Assembly (NCBI GenBank): GCA_025965555.1
Contig: JAOPWT010000392.1
Location: 1 to 44,808 of the forward strand
Source: Mycobacterium sp.
Lineage (GTDB): Bacteria; Actinomycetota; Actinomycetes; Mycobacteriales; Mycobacteriaceae
DNA length: 44,808 nucleotides
Direction: 5' to 3'
The notes beneath the pieces are model-generated. The model was not told the DNA's origin. It made no database searches and worked only from the letters and a program-made list of their open reading frames with translations. This document shows positions 26,762-36,241 of the stretch, in pieces. Numbering within the stretch: the first letter of the stretch is position 1; each line of letters starts with the position of its first letter. The position numbers and the translations under genes were made by a program.

Positions 26762-28147
26762 ATGACCATCAGCGTGTTCGACCTGTTCTCGATCGGCATC
26801 GGGCCGTCGAGTTCGCACACCGTCGGACCGATGCGCGCCGCGGCACGCTTCGCCGACGAGATCGCGCAGCGCTCCCAACTCAGTGCAACGGCCGAGGTGC
26901 GGGTGGATCTCTACGGTTCACTGGCCGCCACCGGGTCGGGCCACGGCACCATGGCCGCCATCCTGCTGGGGCTCGAGGGCTTCCAGCCGGAGACCATCGA
27001 CACCGACGAGATGGAACGACGACTGCTGACCGTGCGCGAACAGGGGCGGATACTGTTCGGCGGCAGCCAGTCCATCCCCCTCACCGAAGACGCTATGGTG
27101 TTGCGCCCGTTGACCATTCATGAGCGGCATGCCAATGCGATGACACTCACCGCGGTCGACGAGCACGGCACCGAACTGCACTCCCAAACGTACTTCTCCG
27201 TGGGCGGCGGATTCATCGTCACCGCCGAAGACGACGATCGCGGTGGGCCCGGCTCGGTCGACGTACCGCTGGCGTTCGCGAGTTCCGAAGAGCTGCTGCG
27301 ACTCGCGGATACGCACGGCCTGTCGATCAGTCAGATCATGCTGGCCAATGAATGCGCCGCCCGGACCGAAAACGAAGTTCGGGCCGGGCTTCTGCACATC
27401 CACGACGTCATGCTGCAGTGCCAGGCGAAGGGCATCGAACGCACCGGCCACCTGCCGGGGAAGCTCCAGGTGCGCAGGCGCGCACACGACTGGCATGAGC
27501 GCCTCGCCCAGGACGATCCCGACCGTGACGTCGCCTTCGCCGAAGACTGGGTCAACCTCGTCGCGCTCGCGGTCAACGAGGAGAACGCCTCCGGTGGGCG
27601 CGTCGTCACGGCCCCGACCAACGGCGCGGCCGGGATCATCCCCGCGGTGCTTCACTACGCGCTGCGCTACACGCAGCCGGGTCGGCAGGACTCCGACGAC
27701 GTCATCGTGCGGTTCCTGCTCACGGCGGGTGCCATCGGATCGTTGTTCAAACAACGCGCGTCGATCTCGGGAGCCGAAGTGGGATGCCAAGGCGAAGTCG
27801 GGTCGGCGGCGGCGATGGCAGCGGCGGCGCTGGCCGAAATCCTGGGTGGCACAACGCATCAGGTCGAAAATGCCGCAGAGATCGCCATGGAGCACAGCCT
27901 CGGCCTCACGTGCGACCCGATCGCGGGCCTGGTGCAGATCCCCTGCATCGAGCGCAACGCCATCTCCGCGGGTAAGGCAATCAACGCGGCACGAATGGCG
28001 CTGCGCGGCGACGGCGTCCACCGCGTCAGCCTCGATCAGGTGATCGCGACGATGCGGTCGACCGGGCTCGACATGCTTTCCAAGTACAAGGAGACCTCGA
28101 CCGGCGGACTTGCCACGCACGTTCCGGTGAACATGGTGGAGTGCTGA
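26762..28147 (+). CDS. sdaA: L-serine ammonia-lyase (Fe-S dependent L-serine dehydratase)
   Basis: Start re-called at ATG 26762: [27 protein letters not shown]. Motifs [69 protein letters not shown]. Confidence 0.95.
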   Translation: MTISVFDLFSIGIGPSSSHTVGPMRAAARFADEIAQRSQLSATAEVRVDLYGSLAATGSGHGTMAAILLGLEGFQPETIDTDEMERRLLTVREQGRILFGGSQSIPLTEDAMVLRPLTIHERHANAMTLTAVDEHGTELHSQTYFSVGGGFIVTAEDDDRGGPGSVDVPLAFASSEELLRLADTHGLSISQIMLANECAARTENEVRAGLLHIHDVMLQCQAKGIERTGHLPGKLQVRRRAHDWHERLAQDDPDRDVAFAEDWVNLVALAVNEENASGGRVVTAPTNGAAGIIPAVLHYALRYTQPGRQDSDDVIVRFLLTAGAIGSLFKQRASISGAEVGCQGEVGSAAAMAAAALAEILGGTTHQVENAAEIAMEHSLGLTCDPIAGLVQIPCIERNAISAGKAINAARMALRGDGVHRVSLDQVIATMRSTGLDMLSKYKETSTGGLATHVPVNMVEC

Positions 28148-28157
28148 CAGTCGGATA

Positions 28158-29075
28158 TCACCTGCCGTGCGCGGCGAAGAACTGTGCACTGGCCAGCGAG
28201 GCGTTGGTTGCCGTGGTGGTCAGTCCCGCGTCAGGCAGTGCGAAGTTTCCGGCCGGCCAGGTGTGGCCGCCTCCGTTGATCTGAATCAGCACCGCGGCCG
28301 TGCTGTCGGCGCATCCGACCGAGGTGGACCGGCGCACCGAGGTGCCGTCCCCGGCGCTCGGCAATTCCTCCTCGAGTGGTGCGGCCGAACAGCCGTCCAC
28401 CTCACGCCACCGCGACGCCATGGCAGGTGCCGAGAGGACGTCGCTGGTTCCGCCGCGACCCTGCATGGGACCGCCACCGAAGGGCACCACCGGATCGGCG
28501 GTGCCATGGAACGCCAGGACCGACACCGGCTGCGAGGGTGCGCACGGCACAGCGGAACCCAACGTGCCCGCCACCGGTGCGATGGCCGCGACGAGGTCGG
28601 CACGGTCACACGCCAGCCGGTCGGCCATGAAGGCACCCGCCGACATCCCGGTGGCGAAGACCCGGCCGGGCGGAATGCCGTAGGCGCGAACGAGCCGATC
28701 GACCAGCGCCGTCAGGAAGCCCACGTCGTCGACCCCTTGGCGGTCGGGTGTCGACGCCCCGCGTCCGTCCGCCCAGCTCTGGTCGATGCCATCGGGATAG
28801 GCCACCACGAAGCCGAGCGCGTCGGCGGCCGAGTCGTAGTTCGTGATCGCCGCCTGCGCTGCGCCCGTGGCGCCGGCGCCGTGCAGGTTGAGCACCAGCC
28901 CGGCCGGGTGATCGTTGCCTGCCGGCGCGTGGACGAGATAGGTGCGTTGCAGTCCTCCGAACGACAGCTCGTCTCGGGAGTCGCCGCCGACGCCCGCCGA
29001 GGCCGTACCGCCGAGCCCAAGGAGCGCGCAACCGAGTGCGGTCGCCAAAGCTGTCAGCCGCACGACGGCGTTCAC
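28158..29075 (-). CDS. LpqP/LpqC-like secreted esterase (PHB depolymerase family)
   Basis: Signal peptide; motifs LVLNLHGAG, VVAYPDG, DDVGFL, VFATGMSAGAFMA, FHGTADPVVP, GGGHTWP. Start uncertain (29063-29108). Confidence 0.85.
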   Translation of the reverse strand: MNAVVRLTALATALGCALLGLGGTASAGVGGDSRDELSFGGLQRTYLVHAPAGNDHPAGLVLNLHGAGATGAAQAAITNYDSAADALGFVVAYPDGIDQSWADGRGASTPDRQGVDDVGFLTALVDRLVRAYGIPPGRVFATGMSAGAFMADRLACDRADLVAAIAPVAGTLGSAVPCAPSQPVSVLAFHGTADPVVPFGGGPMQGRGGTSDVLSAPAMASRWREVDGCSAAPLEEELPSAGDGTSVRRSTSVGCADSTAAVLIQINGGGHTWPAGNFALPDAGLTTTATNASLASAQFFAAHGR

Positions 29076-29171
29076 GGTGGTTGCCAACACGTTGGTCAGT
29101 ATCTGCACCGAAGCTGGACGGCGGGTGAACTTCAGACACCTTTCCGGATTTCGTCACCGGCCGCTTCGACG

Positions 29172-30413
29172 TCAGGAGTCGAACGTCACCAGGTTCTGGT
29201 CGAGGATCAGCTGATTCGAATGCTCACTTGGCTGGATGCGTGGCACGGTGACCAAGGGGACACCCGTCCCCTCCGAGGCATCGAAGTCCGCGGTGCTGGC
29301 CACCTGGCCGGTGATCGTGAAATGGTCGTAGAGGTAGGGCAGACCCTGTGACGCCAACGGGGACGGTCCGTCCATGACGTGCAGATGCATATGTGGTGCA
29401 ACGGAATTGCCGGTGTTGCCGACCAGACCGATCACCTCACCGCGCTTGACCTTGTCACCCAACTTGGGGCGCACACTTCCCGGTTGCATGTGTGCGTAGT
29501 TGACGTAGAAACCGTTGCCGACGTCGAGCACCACGAAGTTGCCGTCGGCCTCGTCGATGGGAATACCGGCCGGATAGGTCCCCGGCGTCTGCTCGGGCAG
29601 ATCGTTGCGGGTGCCGACCACGGCGCCATCCGCGACCGCGAGCACCTCCTTGCCGAAGATTGCATAACTGGCCGGATCCTTGGGATCACCGGTGAAGATC
29701 CGGTTCTGGGCGTCAGCCTGCTCGTAGTCGATCGCGTACCGCTGCGATATGACGGGCTGGCCGTTGACCGGCAGCAAGGCCCGCGTGTGGCGGACCGCGT
29801 CGCAGCAGCCATCGGCGGCGATGAAGCGCTCACCACGCAACGGCGCCGACAACACCGGCAGGGTCCGGTCGTCCACCTTCGTCGTGGCCAGCCGCTCGGT
29901 CATCTGGTCCTTGCCCGGCGGCATCGCCGCACTCGTCACCGACACCTCGTGGACGAGTGTCCGCGGAGCGGCGTCGCCGTCCGTGATCACGTGGATGAAG
30001 ATGGTCGCCGCCTGGCCAGGCTCGAGGTGGTCGGCGCCCTCGCGGGTACCAGCCGGCTGGAGCCGGTTCCGGAGCTGCGTGGCGTCCAGATCACCCACCA
30101 CGCCGCCGGTTTCGCCATCTTCGACCTTCACCTCGTTCACCGTCAACCTGGCGCCGGTGAAGTTGGTGACCGCCAATTCGTAGACCAGATGGGTCTTGCC
30201 GTCCGAACCCGTGAACGGAACGGGCGGGAACGGCACCGAACCCACCAGAGGAGTCAGTGCGTCCGCTGGCGCGGCGGTGGCCGGGGAACTCCCGGACGTC
30301 GGCGCACCCGTGGTCGAGGACGTGCCAGGGCTACCGCAGCCGCCCCCCGCGACCACGAGGCCACCACCGACGATCACCGACAACGCCCTACGGATCACTA
30401 GCCGCTTCGCCAT
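29172..30413 (-). CDS. M23-family metallopeptidase domain lipoprotein
   Basis: Lipobox-like AGGGC; motifs QRYAIDY, VLAVADG, GNFVVLD, YAHMQPGS, GLVGNTGNSVAPHMHLH. Confidence 0.82.
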   Translation of the reverse strand: MAKRLVIRRALSVIVGGGLVVAGGGCGSPGTSSTTGAPTSGSSPATAAPADALTPLVGSVPFPPVPFTGSDGKTHLVYELAVTNFTGARLTVNEVKVEDGETGGVVGDLDATQLRNRLQPAGTREGADHLEPGQAATIFIHVITDGDAAPRTLVHEVSVTSAAMPPGKDQMTERLATTKVDDRTLPVLSAPLRGERFIAADGCCDAVRHTRALLPVNGQPVISQRYAIDYEQADAQNRIFTGDPKDPASYAIFGKEVLAVADGAVVGTRNDLPEQTPGTYPAGIPIDEADGNFVVLDVGNGFYVNYAHMQPGSVRPKLGDKVKRGEVIGLVGNTGNSVAPHMHLHVMDGPSPLASQGLPYLYDHFTITGQVASTADFDASEGTGVPLVTVPRIQPSEHSNQLILDQNLVTFDS

Positions 30414-30557
30414 CCCAGTCCATTCAGTTGGCCGACATCCAGGTCCCGATGATCATCACACGATGCGACCCTGCGCCCCGATACCAACTGGTCTAGGCAT
30501 GACACTCGAAGCCTGAAACCGCAATGGAAGCAAAGGCCCGCGGGCAAGAATGGGCGG

Positions 30558-31712
30558 ATGCGCTTCGGAAACTTCATGGCTCCGTTTCACCCCGTCGGGC
30601 AGAACCCGACGCTCGCCATCGAGCGAGACCTCGACCTGATCGTGGCGATGGATCGACTCGGCTTCGACGAGGCGTGGATCGGTGAGCATCATTCCGCCGG
30701 ATTCGAGATCATCTCGTCGCCCGAGGTGTTCATCGGCGTTGCCGCCGAGCGGACCAGACACATCAGACTCGGTACCGGCGTCAGCTCGCTGCCGTATCAC
30801 CACCCGTTGATGCTGGCCGATCGCATGGTCCTGCTCGACCACCTCACCCGCGGCCGGGTGATGCTGGGCTGCGGGCCAGGCCAACTCACGTCGGACGCAC
30901 ACATGCTCGGAATCCCCGCCGACGAGCAGCGGCCACGCATGGAGCAGAGCCTCGATGCGATCATGCGCCTGCTGCGCGGCGAGACCGTCACCATGCACAG
31001 CGACGGGTTCACCCTTCAAGACGCCCGCCTTCAGCTGAAGCCTTACAGCGAACCGTGTTTCGACGTCGCAGTCGCCGCGTCGTTCTCCCCCACCGGCCCC
31101 CGCGGCGCGGGCAAGCACGGCATCGGCATGTTGTCGATCGCCGCCACCGCCAAACAGGGCATGGATCTTCTTGCCCACCATTGGAAGACGTGGGAGGACG
31201 TCGCGCTCGAACACGGCCATGTCGCCGACCGCTCGAAGTGGCGACTCGTCGGCCCGATGCACCTGGCCGAGACCCGCGAGCAGGCCGAGCGCGACATCGA
31301 GCACGGCATCGCGGAGTTCTCGCGCTACTTCAAGCACATCCTGCCCGCAGGCCCCGTGCAGGGTGACACGCCTGCCGAGATCATCGCCAACAACCACGAG
31401 TCGGGTTTCGCGGTGATCGGCACGCCCGAGGACGCCATTGCCAAGATCGAGGAACTGATCGAGGCGAGCGACGGCGGCTTCGGCGCGTTTCTACTCTTCG
31501 ACCACGACTGGGCGCCCCCGGCGGCGAAGCTGCACAGCTACGAACTCTTCGCTCAGTACGTGATTCCGCACTTCACCGGTCAACTCACGGGCCCAGTCGC
31601 CTCGCGCGACTGGGTCGTCGGCAGCGGAACCGAGTTCGTGGACCGCGCCTCGCACGCGATCGGCAAGGCCATCGCGGACCACGCCGCGGAGCACGCGGCG
31701 AAGCAGGCCTGA
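30558..31712 (+). CDS. LLM-class flavin-dependent monooxygenase (limonene 1,2-monooxygenase-like subgroup)
   Basis: Motifs MRFGNFMAPFHPVGQNPT, GFDEAWIGEHHSAG, IRLGTGVSSLPYHHP, LDHLTRGRVMLGCGPG. Confidence 0.88.
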   Translation: MRFGNFMAPFHPVGQNPTLAIERDLDLIVAMDRLGFDEAWIGEHHSAGFEIISSPEVFIGVAAERTRHIRLGTGVSSLPYHHPLMLADRMVLLDHLTRGRVMLGCGPGQLTSDAHMLGIPADEQRPRMEQSLDAIMRLLRGETVTMHSDGFTLQDARLQLKPYSEPCFDVAVAASFSPTGPRGAGKHGIGMLSIAATAKQGMDLLAHHWKTWEDVALEHGHVADRSKWRLVGPMHLAETREQAERDIEHGIAEFSRYFKHILPAGPVQGDTPAEIIANNHESGFAVIGTPEDAIAKIEELIEASDGGFGAFLLFDHDWAPPAAKLHSYELFAQYVIPHFTGQLTGPVASRDWVVGSGTEFVDRASHAIGKAIADHAAEHAAKQA

Positions 31713-31716
31713 CGCG

Positions 31717-32253
31717 ATGCCGCCGATCGACCCGCTGCTGCAGGAAATGCGCGACGAGCACCAACTTCGCCAGCTTGTCCATGGCTACTGCCGGGCCGTT
31801 GATCGCGGTGACCTCGAGTCCTTGAAGGACCTGTACCACCACGACGCGGAGGACGCCCACGGCGGATTCTCGGCGGGGTCGGCCGACGACTTCATCGACC
31901 AGCTCGCTGCCACCCGTGCCTACCTGAGGTCGATGCAGCACCACGTCACCACCGTGAACTTCGCCATCAGCGGGCTCGCCGCCGAAGGCGAGATCTACAC
32001 CATTGCCATCCATACGCTGATCGCCGGTGACCGGGACGTCGACGTCGTCGTCGGCGGGCGGTATCTCGACAAGTACGAGAAGCGGGACGAGACATGGAAG
32101 TTCACCGAGCGGACGATCGTCACGGACTGGGCTCGGGTGACCGATCCGTCCGCCGTGGAGTTCGGCCACCCGATCACCAGGGACACCCCGAGAGGCAGCC
32201 CGGACACGAACGATCCTTCACACCAGTTCTTTTCGCTGCTACGAAGCAGCTGA
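31717..32253 (+). CDS. NTF2/SnoaL-like fold protein
   Basis: Motifs YCRAVDRGD, YHHDAEDAHG, MQHHVTT, GGRYLDKYEKRDETWKFTER. Starts 4 bp after the LLM gene. Confidence 0.8.
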   Translation: MPPIDPLLQEMRDEHQLRQLVHGYCRAVDRGDLESLKDLYHHDAEDAHGGFSAGSADDFIDQLAATRAYLRSMQHHVTTVNFAISGLAAEGEIYTIAIHTLIAGDRDVDVVVGGRYLDKYEKRDETWKFTERTIVTDWARVTDPSAVEFGHPITRDTPRGSPDTNDPSHQFFSLLRSS

Positions 32254-32263
32254 GAACCATCGG

Positions 32264-32683
32264 CTAAAACGGACTGCTGTTCGATTGCGACTTGGCCGAG
32301 GCAGGCCGCGGACCGTAGCGCCGGACGTAGTCGTCGTGCAGACGCGCGTCCTTGCGGCGCCTGATCACGTCGACCAGATTGGGATCCAGGTCGTGTTGTG
32401 CCAGCCGATGGCGGCGCCAAATCTTGTTCAGCGCAAGCGACATCAGGATGGCCCAGATGTAGATCGGCGCCGTCATCTCAAGATGTACGTACAGCGATGC
32501 GGGGAGCAGCCAGAGTGGGGCGAGCACCAGAAGCGGCGGGATGGCCATCCGAATCATGTGACGACGGACGGCTCCCTCACCTGCGAGATCTTCGGCAACC
32601 CAGTTGCGCATCGAATCGGGCAGGCGGCGCCCGTAGGAGTAGGCAACGTACTGCAGCGGGGTGGGTCGGTTAGTGGCCATCAT
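32264..32683 (-). CDS. DUF5313-like membrane protein
   Basis: RPTPLQYVAYSYGRRLPDSMRNWVAEDL...RHRLAQHDLDP with two hydrophobic segments. Confidence 0.7.
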   Translation of the reverse strand: MMATNRPTPLQYVAYSYGRRLPDSMRNWVAEDLAGEGAVRRHMIRMAIPPLLVLAPLWLLPASLYVHLEMTAPIYIWAILMSLALNKIWRRHRLAQHDLDPNLVDVIRRRKDARLHDDYVRRYGPRPASAKSQSNSSPF

Positions 32684-32702
32684 GGCTCCTCGGGATGGGT
32701 GT

Positions 32703-33194
32703 TCAGATGTCGAGCGCGCCGGCCGCCAGCGCGGCGACGTTGATGCGCGTCAGGACTCGGTGGAGTTCCTCGAGCTCGACCATGTCGACGCCGAGACGCG
32801 CGACGACGGCAGGCGGAATCTCCAGCGCTCGAGAGCGCAGCGCGATGCCTTCGGAGGTCAGCTCGACGTCGGTGGCGCGCTCGTCAACCGCGCTGCGGGT
32901 GCGGGTGATCAGGCCGAGCGCTTCGAGACGTTTGAGCATCGGCGAAAGGGTGGCCGAATCCAGTTGCAGCGCGGCGGCAATCTTCTTCACCGACAGCGCT
33001 GGCGTGCCCCCGCCCGGGGACCTCTGGTGATCCCACAGCGCCAGCATCACCAGGTACTGGGGATGGGTGAGACCGAGCGGTTCCAGCAACGGCCGGTACA
33101 CCGCCAGGACGGCGCGGTTGGTCACGGCCAGGGCGAAACACACCTGGCGTTCCAGGGCGAGGGGGTCGATCTCGGTGGCGGCCGAAGTGGGCAT
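32703..33194 (-). CDS. MarR-family transcriptional regulator (OhrR-like), probably leaderless
   Basis: DPLALERQVCFALAVTNRAVLAVYRPLLEPLGLTHPQYLVMLALW...LDSATLSPMLKRLE...DER. A TACGAT -10 box lies 6 nt before the ATG. Confidence 0.9.
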   Translation of the reverse strand: MPTSAATEIDPLALERQVCFALAVTNRAVLAVYRPLLEPLGLTHPQYLVMLALWDHQRSPGGGTPALSVKKIAAALQLDSATLSPMLKRLEALGLITRTRSAVDERATDVELTSEGIALRSRALEIPPAVVARLGVDMVELEELHRVLTRINVAALAAGALDI

Positions 33195-33214
33195 ACTTGA
33201 ATCGTACCCTCATA

Positions 33215-33228
33215 GATAGGGCACTAAC
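33215..33228. promoter_or_regulatory. Candidate MarR operator
   Basis: Imperfect palindrome GATAGGGCACTAAC just upstream of the marR -10 box, in an AT-enriched divergent intergenic region. Confidence 0.35.
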
Positions 33229-33252
33229 AATGTGATGTGACACGATCCGTTG

Positions 33253-34083
33253 GTGACCGAGCTTCCCCCTGGCCTGCGCAGCCAGCTCGAGCAATGGGAC
33301 CTCAGCCCCGACGGGCCTGCGACCCATGGGTCCGGCTCGGTCGTCCTGCCCGTGCGTACCTCGGAGCGAACGCCCGCAGTCCTGAAGATGGGCTCTCCCG
33401 ATGCCGAATCCGAACACGAGCATCTGGTGCTGCGACGCTGGGGCGGTCACGGTGCGGTGCGGCTGCTGCGTGCCGACCCACGTCATCGCGCCGTCCTTCT
33501 GGAGCGGCTGGGGCCGCAGAACCTCGAGCAGTCGTGGGACGTCGAGGCATGTGAGGTGGTGGCCGCGCTGTACCCGCGCATCCACGTGCCTGCTCTGCCC
33601 CAACTACGGGCCCTCACTTCAGATGTCGAGAAGTGGGTACGCGAATTCGAGCAGCTGCCACGTAGCGCTCCGATCCCGCACCGGTTGGTGGAACAGGCGA
33701 TCGTGCTGGGCCGCGACCTGGCGGCCGACCCGAGGAACGACGACGTCGTGCTGCACGGTGACCTTCACTACGGGAAGGTGCTTGCGGGAGAACGCGAACC
33801 CTGGCTCGCGGTCGGCCCGAAACCACTCAATGGCGACCCGCACTTCGAGATCGCCCCGATGTTGTGGTGCCGCTGGGACGAACTGGCGGGAAACATCCGC
33901 GACGGCGTGCGGACCCGCTTCCACACCATCGTCGACGCGGCCGGTCTGGACGAGGCACGTGCGCGCGCATGGGTCGTCGTCCGCGTGGTTCACGAGGCGA
34001 CCCGCGTGCTCGGCGGCGATCCGCGCGCCGATGCCACGGCGCTCACCATGTACGTGGCACTCGCCAAGGCCGTGCAGGAGTGA
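33253..34083 (+). CDS. Aminoglycoside/hydroxyurea phosphotransferase family (APH(6)-like) protein with degenerate metal-binding motifs
   Basis: Motifs GSGSVVLPV, PAVLK, WGGHGAVRLL, LLERL, LHGDLHYGKVL, WLAVGPKPLNGDP. Start TTG 33250 or GTG 33253. Confidence 0.8.
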   Translation: MTELPPGLRSQLEQWDLSPDGPATHGSGSVVLPVRTSERTPAVLKMGSPDAESEHEHLVLRRWGGHGAVRLLRADPRHRAVLLERLGPQNLEQSWDVEACEVVAALYPRIHVPALPQLRALTSDVEKWVREFEQLPRSAPIPHRLVEQAIVLGRDLAADPRNDDVVLHGDLHYGKVLAGEREPWLAVGPKPLNGDPHFEIAPMLWCRWDELAGNIRDGVRTRFHTIVDAAGLDEARARAWVVVRVVHEATRVLGGDPRADATALTMYVALAKAVQE

Positions 34084-34266
34084 GTCAATCCAGTCCCCCG
34101 CCGGATCGGTGAACGCAACGCCGGCGGTCCTGCTGGGAATCGGCTGCCAACGGTGGGACGTCGCGGTAGTGTTCCCAACGCCAGCTTGGATCAATGCACC
34201 GCAGCAGCCGGCTTCCACGCGTGCCGCCCAACTGCTGCGCCCGCCTGCCCATCGGAAGGTTCGGCA

Positions 34267-35394
34267 ATGACCAGATCACGGTTCCTCGCAGTCGCCGCGT
34301 CCACCCTCGTCGTCATTGGCTTGGTGGCGTGCGCACCCCCCGAGAAGAAGGACACCGGCACCCAGACGCAGTCCGGGGTCAATGCCAAGGAGGCCACCTC
34401 CGCGGCCGACTTCGGCGGGATGGACGGCCTGGTCAAGGCCGCGCAGGGGGAAGGCTCATTGAATGTGATTGCGCTGCCCCCGGATTGGGCCAATTACCAG
34501 GAGATCATCGACACCTTCTCCAAGAAGTACGGCATCAAGGTGGTCTCCGCGCAGCCAGACGCCAACAGCCAGGACGAGATCAACGCCGCCAACCAGCAGA
34601 AGGGCAAGAGCACCGCACCCGACGTCTTCGACCTTGGCCAGGCGATCGCGTTGGCGAACACCGCGCTCTTCGCGCCCTACAAGGTCGCGACGTTCGATGA
34701 CATCCCGGCGCAGTTCAAGGATCCGAACGGCACCTGGGTCAACGATTATGGCGGCTACATGTCGGTCGGCTACGACTCGTCCAAGGTCCCGGAGGTCGCC
34801 GGGGTCAACGACCTGATGAAGCCGGAGTTCAAGGGCAAGGTCGCACTCAACGGCGACCCGACGACCGCCAGTGCCGCCGCCAACGGTGTGCTGATGGCTG
34901 CGATCGCCAACGGCGGGTCGGTGGACGACATCGCTGCGGGCGTCGACTTCTTCGGGCGACTCAATGCCGCAGGCAACTTCGTGCCGGTCGATCCGACGCC
35001 CGCGACCATCGAATCCGGTCAGACACCCGTCGTCATCGACTGGGACTACCTGAATTCGGCTGAGACCAGCAAGATCCCCACGTGGAAGGTGTTCGTGCCG
35101 TCCAATGCCCTGGTGGGTGGCTACTACTTCCAGGCGATCAACAAGGACGGCCCCCACCCCGCCGCAGCGCGGCTCTGGCAAGAGTTCCTCTATAGCGACG
35201 AGGGCCAGAACCTCTTCTTGAAGGGCCTCGCCCGACCGGTGCGCGCCGACGCGATGACCAAGGCAGGCACGGTCGACAAGACCCTGCTCGGCGCGCTCCC
35301 CACGGTTCAAGGCACCCCGGTGCTCCCGACCAATGAGCAGAGCGAGAAGCTCTCGGCGTACCTCGGAGCCAACTGGGCCAAGGCGGTCAGCTGA
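34267..35394 (+). CDS. ABC transporter solute-binding lipoprotein (AfuA/PotD-like family), with no adjacent permease
   Basis: Start re-called at ATG 34267. Lipobox LVAC; motifs LNVIALPPDWANY, APDVFDLG, VVIDWDY, PHPAAARLWQEFLYS. Confidence 0.85.
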   Translation: MTRSRFLAVAASTLVVIGLVACAPPEKKDTGTQTQSGVNAKEATSAADFGGMDGLVKAAQGEGSLNVIALPPDWANYQEIIDTFSKKYGIKVVSAQPDANSQDEINAANQQKGKSTAPDVFDLGQAIALANTALFAPYKVATFDDIPAQFKDPNGTWVNDYGGYMSVGYDSSKVPEVAGVNDLMKPEFKGKVALNGDPTTASAAANGVLMAAIANGGSVDDIAAGVDFFGRLNAAGNFVPVDPTPATIESGQTPVVIDWDYLNSAETSKIPTWKVFVPSNALVGGYYFQAINKDGPHPAAARLWQEFLYSDEGQNLFLKGLARPVRADAMTKAGTVDKTLLGALPTVQGTPVLPTNEQSEKLSAYLGANWAKAVS

Positions 35395-35406
35395 CAGCGG
35401 ACCCGC

Positions 35407-36174
35407 TCAATGGAGGGTGTAGCCGCCGTCGATGACGACCACCGATCCGGTCATGAACGCCGAGGCGTCAGAGGCCATGTACACCACCGTGGGCGCGATC
35501 TCCTCCGGTAGCGCGTATCGCTTCATCGGCGCGTCTTCGATCCAGTGCTGGCGGAACTCGGGTTTGTCGACGGGCGCCATCTCGGTCTTGACGTAGCCGG
35601 GGGCGATGGCGTTGACCCGGATGCCGTAGGGGGCCCACTCGGCCGCCAACGACTTCGTCAGCTGATGCACCGCAGCCTTCGACGCATTGTAGGAGGGCTG
35701 CCACTGCGGACGGTTGACGATCAGCGAGCTGATCGAGCCAACGTTGAGGATGTTGCCGCCGCCGTGGTCCTTCATGTAGGCGCCTGCGCGCTGACTGAGC
35801 CGCCACAGGGAGCGTGTGTTCACGTCGAAGACGAGATCCCACTCGTCGTCGGTGATCTCGAGCGCGGGTTTGTGGATGGCAAGACCGGCGTTGTTGAGCA
35901 ACAGGTCCAGCCCACCGAGTCGCTCCACGGCTCCTTCGATGGCCGCGTCGGGACCGTCCTGGGCGGTGACGTCGACGTCGAAGGCCTGCACCTCGAGACC
36001 GTCCTTCGCCAACGAGGCGACCGCGGCGGCGTTGCGGTCGGCATCACGTGAGACGAAGACGACGTCGGCTCCTGCCTCGGCGAGCCCACGGACGAAGGCC
36101 AGACCCAGGCCGCGGTTGCCGCCGGTCACCAGGGCGCGCTTCCCGGTCAACGCGAAGGCGTCGAGAACAGTCAT
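35407..36174 (-). CDS. SDR-family polyol dehydrogenase (galactitol 2-dehydrogenase/sorbose reductase-like)
   Basis: Motifs TGGNRGLG, NNAG, SISSLIVNRPQWQPSYNASKAAVHQLTKSLAAEWA, NAIAPGY, DGGY. Confidence 0.85.
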   Translation of the reverse strand: MTVLDAFALTGKRALVTGGNRGLGLAFVRGLAEAGADVVFVSRDADRNAAAVASLAKDGLEVQAFDVDVTAQDGPDAAIEGAVERLGGLDLLLNNAGLAIHKPALEITDDEWDLVFDVNTRSLWRLSQRAGAYMKDHGGGNILNVGSISSLIVNRPQWQPSYNASKAAVHQLTKSLAAEWAPYGIRVNAIAPGYVKTEMAPVDKPEFRQHWIEDAPMKRYALPEEIAPTVVYMASDASAFMTGSVVVIDGGYTLH

Positions 36175-36241
36175 GTGGTTTCTCCGTTTCTGAGCAGACG
36201 CGTAATGCGTTGTTTGCGTGTCGCTTTGGTGCGGTGGCGAA

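Noticed and set aside
28158-30413. Adjacent secreted esterase and M23 lipoprotein as a cell-wall remodelling pair
   Set aside because: They are co-oriented but separated by roughly 60-100 bp, and both families are common in mycobacteria. There is no evidence of a functional link.
30487-30502. ACTGGTCTAG as a DasR/dre-like site
   Set aside because: The right-hand arm does not complete the palindrome, and the site is far from the nag genes.
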